From: Vicugna vicugna
Lineage: Eukaryota
Length of the DNA stretch: 64,000 nt
NCBI GenBank assembly: GCA_013265495.1
Contig: MU058781.1
Coordinates: 10,397,009-10,461,008, forward strand
Direction of reading: 5' to 3'
In this document: positions 49,858 to 63,620 of the stretch, piece by piece
How positions within the stretch are numbered: the stretch's first letter is position 1
How the letters are laid out: every line of letters starts with the position of its first letter
The notes under the pieces: model-generated
Told to the model about the DNA's origin: nothing
What the model saw: the letters and a program-made list of their open reading frames with translations, nothing else
Databases searched by the model: none
Position numbers and translations under genes: made by a program

Positions 49858-52117
49858 AAAGATGAAGCACCTTGCACAATGGCTGACATGGATTCCCAAC
49901 CGTGTTTGTTTCCCAGCTGAAGAACCGGAGTTCTTGAGCCCTGGGGTACTCTGCTTCCTAGAGAACAGAATCCAGCATTTACGTGATGGGAAGAACACAG
50001 ACCTGTGAGTCTGGTGACCTGGGGCTTATTTACAGGTCTTTCACTGCCCTTGACTTTGGGTCTTGCCTCCTAGGGTCTCTTTCTTCTCTCTAATTTTGTG
50101 GGGTTTGGAATCGATTATAGTTGCCGCCCTTAAATTCTCAACGTGTCACCTATTTAAATGCCATCCATGAGATCAGTCCTTTCCTGCAGGGAAAATGCCA
50201 TTTTGGGAAGAGACAAGAATTTTTTTTTTCTTCTTCTTTTTTTTTAAACGAATATGTGGGTTTCATTATCTGCTTGCTGGGATGAAAAAGATAAAAACAG
50301 GATTGGTGATATTGAGAAGGGTCCTTAGTTCAGCAACATCCCCAGAACAACCCCATATCATGTCCTTGACTTTTCTCCATTTTGTTTACCACTCCTTGGT
50401 CATTTATTCAGTAAAGAAAACCAATTAAAATGGAAATCTGTGAAGAGGTATTAATTATTTACATCTTTGCATGACCCGGTGCTTTTAGAATGCCCTGAGG
50501 CAGTTTGGATGGGGGCTGGAGGAAAGGGCAGATACAAACTTGGGGCATTGTGAGTCAGATGTACAATACCTGTGCCTAGATGGCTAAAGCACAGATAGAA
50601 AGCAGATCCAGAAAGGGATAAATGCCACAGCTTACTTTCTTTTTTTGGCTGGGTTTCCGGGGAGATCTGTTTCAGGGTCTTCCAGCCTTTTCAGAGATTG
50701 GCACCGGGAGGATCCCCTCTGGAGAGAATGAAAAATGACCAACATTTATCTCGCCCCACTCCCTCACCATGGGCTGGCAGGAGCCAAACGTTTTTAAACC
50801 TGCGTGATTAGGCTCGGTGGGAGCCACCTGCCTTTCTCTGTTCATGGGGCCAACGGAGGCAGACACTGCTCTCCTTCCTCTCATGCTCATTATGCAATTA
50901 TAACACAAGAGTATGCCTCTGGACTCCTAAAGTAAGCTGATGCAGAACCTATGTCTTCTATACCTGGGCCACAGGCATGAGGCATAAACTAGGCTTTGTA
51001 TATTTCAAGAGTACCAGGACATTCAGGAAGGTCCAAATATTATCATAAGGAAGCCACACTGTTCTCATTTTATATCTTCTCAATTTACCTTTATCCATCA
51101 TATTTGTGTCTTCATTTTGTTTTTTACATAAGTTAGCCAAAAAAGGCTTCTCTGGATTTTCAAGTCAGCTGGACAAGTCAGCCTCAGAAGACGCCTACAG
51201 GACAAGTTATGAAAAGGAACAGCCTCCCATCCTAGACCTGCCCTGTCCAGCAGACCCTGCCTTGGAACTAGTTTTCACATCTCTTTCTATTTCTACTCCA
51301 GGACAAGCTCGAGCCCTGCTCACAATGCTTTCTTTGGCTGAATTTTACCAGATAAAAAATTATGTGATGGGGAAAGCAGCTTGGGGGAAACAGGAGGAGT
51401 AAATCATGATTTATTCAAAGGGTGGCTTCCTTTGAGGAAAGCATTATTCCTTTCAGGGCTGCCTTTAATGTTGAAGTTTAAGGAGTCTCGAAGCTAAGAG
51501 TGAAAACTTTGCTCATCTTTCTCGCTCTCCCCAGTGGGCTCAGGACTCTTATGCTGGTTTTAATGCTTTTAACCAATTCAATAATACTCAGACTCCTAAC
51601 GGCCACTCATACGGCAGTTTATCCACATGGACAGGTCAGGATGACAGAGGGCAGTGTGATTCAGTCAGGCTACTTATATAAGATCTGTTTCATATCCTGA
51701 GATAATACTGAGAAATAATGATTACCTCTACCAAAAAATAGCGCAAATAGAGACACTGCCTGTTCTTTCCGTGGGATTATTTAAAACCGGGTTAAGGAAA
51801 GAAGTGATTCTTTCATCTGCACTCTGTCTCTCTCTCTGGGAAGGGAAATGAATCATCCTAATGCTTCCAAAATCTCCCAGGTGTTCACCTGCCCATTAGC
51901 AGTTTTCAAATGTGCTGTAACAGTGATCTGGCATCTTGGAAGTGAAAGGACTCTGGAAAGATAAAAAGTGATGGTTTGCCTTAATTCGCTAATGGACTTA
52001 ACTTTATCAGGGCTAGTGATTCAGGCATTCTTGAGTTACTTAATTCCAATATCGACTCTTTTCCACCTATTTTTATTCATCACCCTGCTTATTCCAAGCA
52101 CCCTCAGCCATTTAACA

Positions 52118-52320
52118 TTAATAATAACAATAAGTAATACTGTGAGCAGCTTTTACCTACTCAGTTCTGATCTCGCTTTATACTTACCTGCAAATTTACA
52201 GGTGGGCACTACTATTTCCTTCACTCACTGAGGAAGAGATTGAGGCTTAGAAAGTGTAGGTAATTTGCCCAGGGTCCCAGAGGCTACCATGTGGTAGTCA
52301 GACTCCAAGTCTGTCCTTGC
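52118..52320 (-). mobile_element. MIR SINE
   Basis: aggtgggcactactatttcc...gaggaagagattgaggcttagaaagtgtaggtaatttgcccagggtc. Confidence 0.75.
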
Positions 52321-53107
52321 CCATCATGCAGCAGGGATACAAAGAATCAAATAAGCCAGGATTTAGAGGACACTTGGAATGTTTAATGCAATGTGTTAGA
52401 TGTTAAAAAAAAAAAATACAGATCCTGCCCTTAAAATTCTAGCAGAGCTACTAGGCATTTGCCAAAACCTAGTGTCTTTTCTCCTGGATGTGAGAAACTA
52501 GATAGTCCCTGCCCTCAAAATGCTAGACTCAAGACAAGAGTGATATGATTAAAAAAAAAAAAAACTCAAGTAACATTAAAAAAATTGGAGGGGGCAATAA
52601 AGATTTCCCCCAAACCACAAAGCAGTTCTGATGAAATGCCAGTGAATGACGTATCTAATTTACATGCTTGCCATTAAGGGAAATCCTTTATGATCTAAGA
52701 GCAGAGATAACAGTGGAGGTTCCATTTTGTTGAGTTGAAAGGTTCACATTACTCTGGCTATTTTTTTCATATAAATATTTAATATGTCATATCTTCTTTA
52801 AATTGATCTGGGTGTATAGGTCTAAAACAGGAAGAGTTAAGCTGCTGAATGAATACCTTGCTAATTGAATTTCCAATGATGCAGGCATCTTGTTCTCCTG
52901 AGTAGTAATGGATTGCCAGCTGGTTTGTAGAAGCCTTAAGTTTTAGAATTGATTGTGAAAGATAGCTAACACTTGAGATTATGAAAAAGTAGTAATAAAC
53001 AATGTAAGGAAAGATTCATATTTATTGTGTTGCAAGGTATAATTCCAAAGATTTCACAAATTTTCATCTACTTTAAATCTCACAAGGAACTTTGAGGTAC
53101 AGAATTC

Positions 53108-53575
53108 TGGCAGAGCTACTAGGCATTCACCAAAGCCTCGTTTCTTGTCTTCTGACTACATTTTCTAGTTGATCTTGTAGTTACCTATGGCTTTGTGACT
53201 GACTTTAGATCAATGTAATGTAAACAGCTGTGAAATTTTGTATTTCCAGTCCAGGACCATGTACACCTTCCATGCACAGTCTTCCATGCTCTTTTCTGTT
53301 TCTGGGTGGCTGAAACGGTGATCCTCCCTCCCCTTTCCCCAACATACATGTATGCATGCACACACACACGTGCACACACGCGCACATAAACACACAGGGT
53401 AGCATCTTTGGGATCTACATATTAAAGAGGATGACATCACAAAATAAAAGGAGCCCACTTGCAGAAGAGCCATCTAACCAGGGATGTACATTAGGCTATA
53501 CTGGGAATGGTACTGTTTTAATTGATTAAGCCTCTGACATTTGAGATGTACTCATTATGTCATCAAACCTACCAT
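53108..53575 (+). mobile_element. Old MaLR LTR (MLT1K/L-like) containing a (CA)/(CG) tract
   Basis: tggcagagctactagg...ccatgctcttttct...gcagaagagcc...taagcctctgacatttgagatg. Confidence 0.55.
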
Positions 53576-53584
53576 AAAATAGAC

Positions 53585-53730
53585 ATTACTTACTATTTCT
53601 CCCATTCTACAGTTGAGAAACTGAGACTCACAGAGGTTAAGTAACTTGGCCAGGATCTTATGAGGAACGAAGATTTTAAACCAGGAGATTGGATTCCAGA
53701 ACCCAAACATTATCTACTATGCTAAGCTGG
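53585..53730 (-). mobile_element. MIR SINE
   Basis: cccattctacagttgagaaactgagactcacagaggttaagtaacttggccagg. Confidence 0.85.
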
Positions 53731-54329
53731 AACTTAACTTATAACTTTCTTCTTAGATGTGACATTAGTTACACTTCTGGCCAAAACTCAGTCAATGACA
53801 CTGTGAAAAATATTCACTACATACTCTTTAGTGTATGCAAGCTCTCTGAGCCAAGTTAAGTTTTAAGCAGCAGCTATAGGTATTTTTAAAAGTCTGTTTT
53901 CCTTTGTTTCTTTAGATTCTTGTGCTTATGTTTTCTGCTGGTTTTAATTTTGGGAGCATATTCAGTCTTACCAACTAAAGGATGGATCTTGGGGTAAGGA
54001 AAGGTAGATGCAAAGTTAGTGTTCCCCATGAAGTATTAGCTCTGCTGTTTGCAAGGCAGTATACGTTTTGTGAGTTAGAATACTTAGAAATGAACCAGCC
54101 AACAAAAGAAGAAAACAACAAAAAAATTTCAATGCAGTGTTTCTCCTTGGTCTGATTTTTAGTATTCTTAAAGAGAATACTAACCAAAAAAAAAAAAAAG
54201 TAGAGTAGGTTTCTAAATTGCTATAATAAAATTAAAGTAGATGGGATTGCAAGTCAAGAGTGGATGACCAGAGAGTATTTGGGTCAAGATATTAAATTAG
54301 ATTTATAATTCCAAACTTCATAGTCTTGA

Positions 54330-54570
54330 CTGGGGAAGAGTGTCAAACTCTCCACAAATGTAAGGCCACTCATGCCCCTCCCCCATCTGGGCTGTTTTTG
54401 GATCTCTACTGTTGTTCTCTTTCCCCACAATCGTATTTTCCTGCCATATCATACAAGTTCCTTGATGCCTGGGGAACTGCTTCTATGCATATTTTACCCC
54501 TTATATTGTCTAGTGTGATGTTTGCTCAGACTAAGCTGTTCAATAAACATCTCTTAAATCAATGAATATC
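54330..54570 (+). mobile_element. L2 3' end
   Basis: aagttccttgatgcctgggga...tgtctagtgtgatgtttgctcagactaagctgttcaataaacatctcttaaatcaatgaat. Confidence 0.6.
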
Positions 54571-54846
54571 TTAATGGTCTCTAATGTGAAATGGGATTTA
54601 ATTTAACGCTTGAGTCCCTCACCATATACAGCACAGATAGTTATAGCATCTTAGGAATCTATTTTAGTAAGCTTCATATTAGCCATTGCTTCCCAGATAG
54701 CTCACTCTCTGTCTAGATGTTCATTTTAAGTCCATAAAGCACACTGATTATTCATAGCATGGAAATGAAAGTATAATTTTTAACCATTAGGATTTCAAAT
54801 TAGCACAGAGTAAAAGTTGGTGCACCATCTCTGAAAGTAAAAATTA

Positions 54847-55110
54847 AAAAGATATACAAAAGATATACATTATTAAAATATACAAAAGATATACATTATA
54901 CAGATGTAAAAACTGGTGAAATCTGAGGAACAGCTGGAGACCGGTTACTTTTGCTGTGCCAGTCAATTTCCTGAGTTGATAATTCACTTTAGTTTTCCAA
55001 GTCACTATTGGGGGAAGTTGGGTGATGGGCAAAAGGGACTTCTCTGCAAAATTTTTGCAATTGCTTGTGAGTCTATAATAATTTCAAAATTTTAAAAAGT
55101 TTAAAAAGTA
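54847..55110 (+). mobile_element. Old L1 (L1MC-like) 3' end preceded by a short tandem duplication
   Basis: (atatacaaaagatatacatta)x2; gtcactattgggggaagttgggtgatggg...ttttgcaattgcttgtgagtctataataatttcaaaat. Confidence 0.7.
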
Positions 55111-55871
55111 GTGTAAAACTATTTAGTGATAAAAGAGGCTATTAGAAAACATGTCTTCTTTTTTAATTTACAGTATTCATTTTGTGGTTAAAAAGGACAT
55201 TTGGGAAGTTTTTGCATTAGGAACCAATATTAAAGCCCCTTATATTTCTGGCTAATTTAGTCTAATATAGCCCTTCTGTTAAGTAATACAGAGTGGCACA
55301 CATTATGAGAAAATATATTTGGTAATAGGTAATTTTTGGTTTTGGCTGCTGAGTGTGGTATCTATGTAGGAATAATTAATCTGTTCAGATTTTATGCCCA
55401 CTGTGTTAATTTTATAGCCTTGAAATTCATTTGATATTGAATCATTTGATATTGTTTTTATTGTACTGATGGCAGAGTTTACTGCTTTATGTTTTAAATA
55501 TGCCCTCACTGATTAAGGCACTGGAGATTTCTGTCATCTCAATACTAAGGATATAATTTTATGTTTGTAATATAATTCATTGAAACTATATTTTACAAAG
55601 AGGCTAAACTGATCAAATAAAATCCATGTCACACACACAAACACAAACATCACACACTCATGTACATATACAGAAATAAAATATTCCATGACTTTAGATG
55701 CATCCAGTTAGGAAAAGCAACTTCTGTTTGTTTCTAGAAATTCTCCAATAAGCTGTTTCTTCATATTGCTTATAATTTATTTTCCTTAGACTTATCCTTG
55801 ACATACTCTCTTAAAAAAAACATTGGTGACATTCTCAGGACAATATTAAATAGAGTGTCCTTCTATAACTA

Positions 55872-56020
55872 GATTTTAAAGATGGAAGAGACTTCATAAA
55901 TAATAAAATCTGACTGGCTCATTTTATAGAATAAGAAACTGAGGGTCGGCCATGCCACGTGGTTTAGTGGCACAGCCTGGGTTAGAAAACACTCTTCTGA
56001 CTTTCAGAACAGTGTACATT
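55872..56020 (-). mobile_element. MIR SINE (MIR3/MIRc-like)
   Basis: gatggaagagactt...ctcattttatagaataagaaactgagggtc. Confidence 0.7.
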
Positions 56021-57357
56021 TCAGGGTCTACCTTACCTCATGAGAGAGAATGTGGAAAACTCAAAATCTTAGGGATTAAAAGTTCCACTTAGGTAATTTC
56101 TCCACATTATTTCCAGGTATGTAAGTGGCCTGATGTTGACATATAAGATATTTATTAACACTCATACATATTATGTCTTTCTTCTTCCCTCATTCTGATG
56201 AATCAGGCTACAGGGGGAGAAAGGAAAGAAAAATACCTAGGCATTGCTTAGTCTGGGAATATAGTGAGAGGAAGAAAGAGGCTTGAGAAATATGCCAAGG
56301 TTCTTTTTCCTCTGGTGTCATTGTTCTGTCTTGATGTGAAGAATTATGCTGCCAGAAAGAATCTCCATTTCATGGTCAGTCTGGAAAACTACATCAGGCA
56401 TGTGTTGGCATTCTGTGATTGGTGAGGTATCCTACTGTTTTTATGCCTCAAAATTATTTGCCATGTTGTTTAATTACCCAATTAGTCTTTTTTTTTCCTT
56501 TCTCAATGCCATTTCATGAACTGCAGTCACTTCTGGAAAGCAGAATTATAGTCTTTTAGTCTGTATGAATTTCCTCTACTACACTGATCTTTGTCTTGTG
56601 AGAGCTATACTGAGCCTCTGGTATGGAGACAGCAAGATGGATATATGATTGGGAAAGAGGGATACGTTGATTGGAACTTAAAAAGGCTTCTCTTGCCACC
56701 TCCTTCACTCATTCTACCAACATGGATGGTCTCATCTGGCTTTACTTTCCCTCTTTTCCTGTTTTCCCTATTCCTGCCTCCACTGATACCTATAATCATC
56801 TTAAATAACCAATAAGGAGAAGTTAAGGAGATGAGTGGTCATTGAGAGTATCAGAAAAAAAATGTAAAAAACTGACGTGGATCAAAATGATGACTGGGTA
56901 TCTTCAACAGAAAACTACGTGTTGTGGAGTTTGCACCTTTCACTGTTTGAACTGTTTTCCAACTCTCTAAGTTGTAGATAACCCATAGCGATGTAAATAA
57001 TCATTTTCCATTTGCAAATGAATTCTTCTCAGTGCAGGGACAACTGTTTTTCCTTCTCTTTATGGAAAAACCTCTGTATCTATTTGTAAGTTAATTTCAG
57101 CATTCCTGATGGATCTCTTTAAGTGTAGTTCCTTGAATTCTCTTTCAAACTGGTTGTAACATTTGACTGGTTCTCTCATTAATTAGATAATTATATCCAA
57201 AACAAGACATTTGGTTTACTGTACCCCTTTAAGTCCATTCTTCTAGAAGCAGAGATTGTTGCACAAAAAGAGACAGTCTGCCTGTTCAGTGTTACATGCT
57301 CAGTTGTGATTCATTATAACTTAATAATTACCACCGTAATTACCAGTGGGGTATTTG

Positions 57358-57735
57358 TGATATCACTTATATGTGGAATCTAAAAAAGCCAAACTCCGCA
57401 GAAGCAAAGAGTTAGAATGACAGTTAGCAGGTGCTGGGAGGTGGAAAATGGGGAAAGAGGGAGATGTTAGTCAAAGGGTACAAACTTCCAGGTAGGCAAG
57501 GAATACATTTCAAAGATCTAATGTCTAATGTCTAAGCTGTTGAACGTTGCTTAAATGTTCTCATCACAAAGACGAAATGGTCATTACGTGATGTGGTGCA
57601 GTTAGCTTACACCACAGAGATAATCATGCATTTTGTGTATATCAAATCAACACACTGTACACCTTTAAGTTATACAGTGTTATATGTCAAATACATTTCA
57701 ATAAAGTTCGAAAGATAATAAAAGAATAAAGAGCA
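57358..57735 (+). mobile_element. L1 3' end (L1MA-like)
   Basis: tgatatcacttatatgtggaatctaaaaaag...gtcaaagggtacaaacttcc...cacactgtacacctttaagttatacagtgttatatgtcaa...aataaag. Confidence 0.9.
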
Positions 57736-57859
57736 GATAAGATTTTTTTTCTCTTTTATTAAGGCCTTATCACTTTCTAGAATTTAGTTCTTTGGACTTG
57801 CATGGGTCTTACTCTCTCTAAGGTGTTTTAAAGATATGCTTGCTATGCTTATGTAATCT

Positions 57860-58032
57860 GTCTGGCTTGTTTTAATTATAAGGATGAGAACAATGATCTT
57901 TTGAGATAGCAGGATATGAACCAGAAGCACCCATAATGATTTTCAAGTCTTTTTAGCAACCTCCAGCACCTAATATGCAGTGCTATAAAATAGGCACTCA
58001 ATAAATGTTTGCTGAATAAATATGGATAAGGA
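57860..58032 (+). mobile_element. L2 3' end
   Basis: ctccagcacctaat...taggcactcaataaatgtttgctgaataaat. Confidence 0.75.
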
Positions 58033-58064
58033 AGCAAGCAAATTTATTCTACTTTGCACCAGAG

Positions 58065-58280
58065 TACAGCAGAGCTAGAAGCAAGGAATGAAGTCATAGA
58101 AAGGTAAATTTTGGGTCAATATTAAAATGTACTGTTTAGGCAATATAGCTAACTAAAAGTCATGCAGGCTTACTTGTGAAGTAGTAAATTCCAAGTTACT
58201 GCAAGTGTTTAAGTAAAGATTTTAGGGTATAAATAGAGGTGTATGTACTGGCTGAATGCTTATCTTTAGATGATTAGTTA
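58065..58280 (+). mobile_element. CR1/L3-like ancient LINE 3' fragment
   Basis: aggtaaattttgggtcaatatt...ggcttacttgtgaagtagtaaattcc...tactgcaagtgtttaag resembles the L3/CR1 tail. Confidence 0.55.
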
Positions 58281-61200
58281 GATATTTATAATTTAATGAT
58301 TCTGTTTTATTGCAGAAAGAGCAAGTTTTATATTTATAAACATATAAAAGAGGCTAAACATTTACTATTACACAGATGTACAAAGAACATTTTTTTCAAT
58401 ATTATTTTCTTTACTAGCTCCCATATCATAGAGTAGCCAGAACAAAAACAAACAAAAAATTTTAACTTGCCCAATCAATATGATTTTAATTTCCAGGGGA
58501 TTTAATAGACTCTTGAATGACTTTGTCTCTCTTGTTTAAGTGTTCAATCTTTCAAATCCCCCAACTGCCTGAACTTCTTCATGGAATCTGGGTAAGAGTA
58601 TTCTTTGTAATATGTCACTCTGGTACCTTGTCTTTGAGGTCCCTGGAGCTCACCTGCAGAGGTATGAACAGTCCCACGTGGCTTTTGCAGCATTTGTGAT
58701 ATGAAGTGGAGACCGCTGTTTTGCCATTGCTCTTAGGTCATGAAGGTCCCTGAACTGTTGGCCTCTTTGTCTAACCCCACAGCTTTCTTGCAGTTTACCA
58801 TCCTCATCTACCTCCAGAACCCATGTGGACCCTGGGAAGCCAGATGAGCCACACTCATCCTCTCATCCATCCAGGTGTTTACTTTTGAAGTGGCTTCTGG
58901 CAAAACTTGACTTAACAGCCTTTGCGAGTTATGCCATTACTACTCTCTCCCCCAGTTTGAGGTTTCCCCCAACAAAAGAAAAGTGAGGACCACATGTCTG
59001 ACCCCTCAGCCCTCAAATACCATATATGACTCCCTCCTATTTCACCTTGGCAGAAGGACTGACCTTCTGTCATGTGGGATATTGCTTGGATGCCACAGTA
59101 ACCTCTGAGTACACAACCAGGCAAGTTACACTTGAGTCACGTAACCAGAAAGCGCACTGGCCAAATTGAAATGAATAATTCACATGGTCTGTTTAATTTG
59201 GAACACAAAGGAGACCCACAGGGAGAAATAAAATAGAGTCAGTTAGCCCACATTACCTGAATTTTAGGTTACACAGTGTTCAGGTATTCAATCTCCTTCT
59301 CTGCTGTATAAAACTTCCACAACGATGGGTGTGATTATGAGGACCAGAGTTGAGATTTCACAAGGGATCCCAGTGGATGAAGGCACTAGAACACAGAAAC
59401 TTGCTCTATCAGAGACAGATTTCAGGGGCAGATACTTCTAATCATATCACATAGCTATAGTTTACCAAGACCTGCTGAGCTGCCATGATTTTCACTTGAG
59501 TGTCTCAAAAAAAGGACATGTAAGAGCAGTAGGAGTACCACCAATGGGTTCTGATTTAAGACTTCACGCGCATTAAGTACTCTGTGAACTTCCTGTGTAT
59601 TTGGCATATCATCAATATTTACTTTGTCTTTCCATCTCTTTCTATCTTCACTTGCACACACATATATTCTACTTAATATTTGTCTGACGTAAGTAAAGGT
59701 ATATAATTTAAGGGAAAATTTAAATATCTATTTAGTATTTTCAAACATAATCCCAATTAACTTTAACATGTTAAGTATCATTATCTGCTGTCAGAAACAA
59801 AGACATGATTAATAAATTTATTCAATTGATCTTTATCATGAGCATACTTAGTTGTCTGACACTATACCAGGTATGTAAAATGCATCTGTGAACTAGAATA
59901 TTTTTTAACTCTTGTTTTATGACCTTTAAATAGTGCTAATACTTACACAAATGCTCCCCAGCTACATAGATGATCCACCTAATTGAACTGATAACCTTAA
60001 ACTTTCTAAATATCATAGCCTGCTCTTAAAGGGATATTAGACATAGTGTTCTGCCTCAAGGAGGCTTACAAAATAGCATTTGTTCTGTCTTTCATTCTTC
60101 TATCCTGAATAATATAATCTGGCACTGCATACATCATGCTTTTTAAAAAAATCCTTCTTTGAATTCTGAATGGATTCGTAGGTTAGGCAGTGTTGGAGGG
60201 GTAGGCAACTGGGATATTCATATAGAGGGGAAAATTCTCAGAGCTTTTAAACATGCAAAATCTTAGCACAGCATGTATAATACACAAGTAGGGAAGTATG
60301 ATAGACAATTACCTTCCCTGTAGATAGTCAACTTTGAACTAACAAGTTCTCTCTTTTTTAATTGCATGTGCAAATCTGGGGAAAGACAAAGTGGTGCCTA
60401 AGAAGTCAGTGTATCTGCCCACCCCCACACCACCCTGCAAAAAAAAAGGCAAAGAAAAGGAGAAAGAAAGGGAGGAATGGGAAGAAAGGAAAAACACATA
60501 TCTGAGTGAACACATTATAGTCAGCTAGGATGCATGAAATCCTAGAAGTGGCCATATCCCAAGATTGAAAACACCTGACTAACTTTTTGAGCTATAGTAT
60601 TTGACTATCTGCCACATGGGCAAATTTGGATAAATTCTTAGTCATTATTTTCAGGCTAAAATGTTGACTCTCCTGCTTCTGGTTTTAGGCGCTATCATTC
60701 TTTTTGTATTAGCATATTTCATAGCAAGCCACAATTTTCCATTTATAGATTATTACCATGAAGTTCAATGGTTGTAAGTCTAATGATATATATTGTGGTA
60801 TCTCAGTCTTTTCAAAATAAGTGGTTTCGAACCACAGCACTCTTCTTCCAGCTATGTACTTATCTTCTGTAACCATCATCAATATATCATTATTTGATAA
60901 AAACAGACCAATCAAATGCTGTCTGTTTTTCACTCTCCAGTCTTTGGATCTCGTGGTTTGTCAGCACTCAAAAGCTACCCTGTTCCTCCTGGGTTCCCCA
61001 AAACGCCAGGTGATTAAGGAAGTCTGCCATGCTTGAATGCAACATAATCAAGATTTTACAGTGTTGGTGTAGACTGCCTTTCTGCTGCTACATTTATAAA
61101 GCAATTGCATTAGAAGTCTATTCTGTGTCTTACTCTTGTTTAATAACCTTAAACAGTCCTGATACTTACACAGGTGTTCTATAGTGACATAAATGATGTA

Positions 61201-62479
61201 CTGAATTGAGTTGATACCTTAAATTTTGCTAAATATCCCAATCTGCTCTTAAAGGGGTAAAAGTGATAAGTAAATAAATAACGGGCAGCTGTTGTACATG
61301 TTGATGAGTAGAAAAGATAACCAAGTTAGACACACTCAGAGCATATTATTTCTCCTCCAAAATGGTAACTGTACAGTTTTCCTAATAGTTTCTATAGAGT
61401 ATGGAACACAAAGTTATTTAGAGTCCACTGAAAAATTCAGTGGCTGGCCAGTTAAACCTAACAATGTCTTTTTTCAGGAATTTCTGCCTTCACTGAGGTA
61501 GCATATAAATAGAATGCAGCATTCAATATTTATTCTCATTTTTGATAATTACTGTGAAATTATACACAGGCCCACAGTAATCCCAAAGTGAGACTGGGAG
61601 ATATGGGACACGAGGTCTCTGTACATGTAAATCCTGTTTAAGCCAGGGGTACTGGGATTGCTTAATATGCCAATAAAATTGCCCCATGTAAGCAGAGGAG
61701 GCTCTTGGCTGTTACAAAATGTAAATCCTCTCTTGAGAAAACAACTGACTTGAAGTGCTTTTATATCTGTGGATCATGCTGTTAGGATTTCAGTGTTCTA
61801 ATAACCCAATTCTAATGAGTTCTTATGATTTATTCAATAAGCACTAAAGGTCTTTTGTATAATCGTTACCTTGATGGCTAATACAGTAGGATAAGTATTC
61901 TAGTTATACAATTCTACATAGAGAAATGATTTAGCTCTTATCTTTGAATAATCAAAAAAATGTTTTAATTGCAATTCCTTGTTAAATAAATCGGTTGTCA
62001 AATTATTTTTATTTCTTAGTCTGGAAATCTTTGTTTAAAATTTGCCAGAAAAATCTGTAAAGCATAATCTTTCTTCAGGTAGATAAAAGTCATTTTAACT
62101 ATAAAGACTGGTCATGCAGATGAAAAAATAGTTACAAACTCCATTTTGTCCAAGGAATTACGTTAATACCTTTAAATCTACCTAAAAGCCTGGCACCAGA
62201 TTTATAAATAGAAAATTACTTATATAGAAAGCTGTTTCTAATGTGACATTTTGTTTTATATTCCATAGTTATGCAAGCAATCCTCTTACTGACAGACAGG
62301 TAGGTTATTTCTTGTCATTTCAAACCATATAACCATGTCCAAGTATTTAAAAATTTCTATTATTATTTCCTCCTATGAAACAGTTGAATTTTATGGTATG
62401 TAAGTTGTATCTTAAAGTTGTTGAGAAAGAAGATGATAAACATAAAGAGTTAAATCAAGGTTGTTAATAATGCTGAGTT

Positions 62480-63620
62480 TCCCATATCTGTATTGAGCTT
62501 TGAAATGCAGGACCTCTGAATAACTGACAGAATATTTTTTAACTGATCCCTATAATCTGATACATTTTTTGCTTTATATATTTTAAAGTGCTTTTTAGAT
62601 GCATCTATTTTTCTGATGTGTGGAACATTTTGTCACATGGTGAGTTTCTCTACTCTAGAAACCATTTCGTCTTGAAGTCTACTTTTTCTAATATAAATAC
62701 AGTTCTCCTGATTTTCTTTTGGCTAGAGTTTTTCATATTTGTTCCACATTTTCAATCATACTGTGGTCTTACATATCTTAAATTTAACATTTAAATGTTA
62801 AAATATTTATATGTATCATACATAAAGAACAGGAAAACACAAAGCTGGCTAAAACAAGTCAAATTTTTAAAATAATAACATACATAATCATGTGATAATT
62901 CAAAAAGTAAACTTATTTTAACCAGCTTTCTTTATGTTTTTCTTCTGTTCTGCTTTCCCCCCCATCTCTTCTTTTAATCTCTCCTTTTGTTTAGATTTTT
63001 AAAAATTTATCGCTTGCCTAGTTTGATTCCTGGTGTAGAGAGGTCTCTACACCACTAATATATATCAGATAAATGATCTATCTTTAATCATTTATAATTT
63101 ATTCTTGAAAATTTCTATAATTGCTTAGCTATAACACTTACCAGAACCTATAATTGACCAATCTTAAAACACTCCACCCACCACTCCCACCATGAAAAAA
63201 TATAAGGACTTTTCAACACTTAAGATTATCATGTATCAATTTTAATACCATTTTCATTTATTCTCTCATTTTGGGGGGGATTCATTGAGCATTACTGTAT
63301 AGGCAGTTTTTATGTAGTTTAATACACATTTTCTACTATTTTATTTGCTCATTATTTCTTCTTGTATTTTATTTCTTCTGCTTTAGGTCATTTTTTAAAT
63401 TCCTGTTAAAGCACTTTCTTAAAAGCATTTTGGTGGTAACCTGTCACTTCTGGTTTCATCTTAAAATGTCTTTATTTTGCTCTATCATGAAGGATAATAC
63501 AAAAAATATTTGTTTGTTGACATAAAGTTGATAGTAAAGTTACTAATCTGTTACTCATTAATGAAATAGTTGTGGGATTTTGTTTTCACTATCTTCTCTG
63601 CTGGCTGCTTATAACTTTAT
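62480..63620 (-). mobile_element. Highly degenerate L1 (L1ME-like) fragments
   Basis: T-rich antisense L1 motifs: gtcttgaagtctactttttctaatataaatac, tcttaaaatgtctttattttgctc. Confidence 0.5.

Noticed and set aside
62783..62802. Perfect 20-bp palindrome TTTAACATTTAAATGTTAAA
   Set aside because: Almost all A/T and inside decayed L1 sequence; plausible by chance
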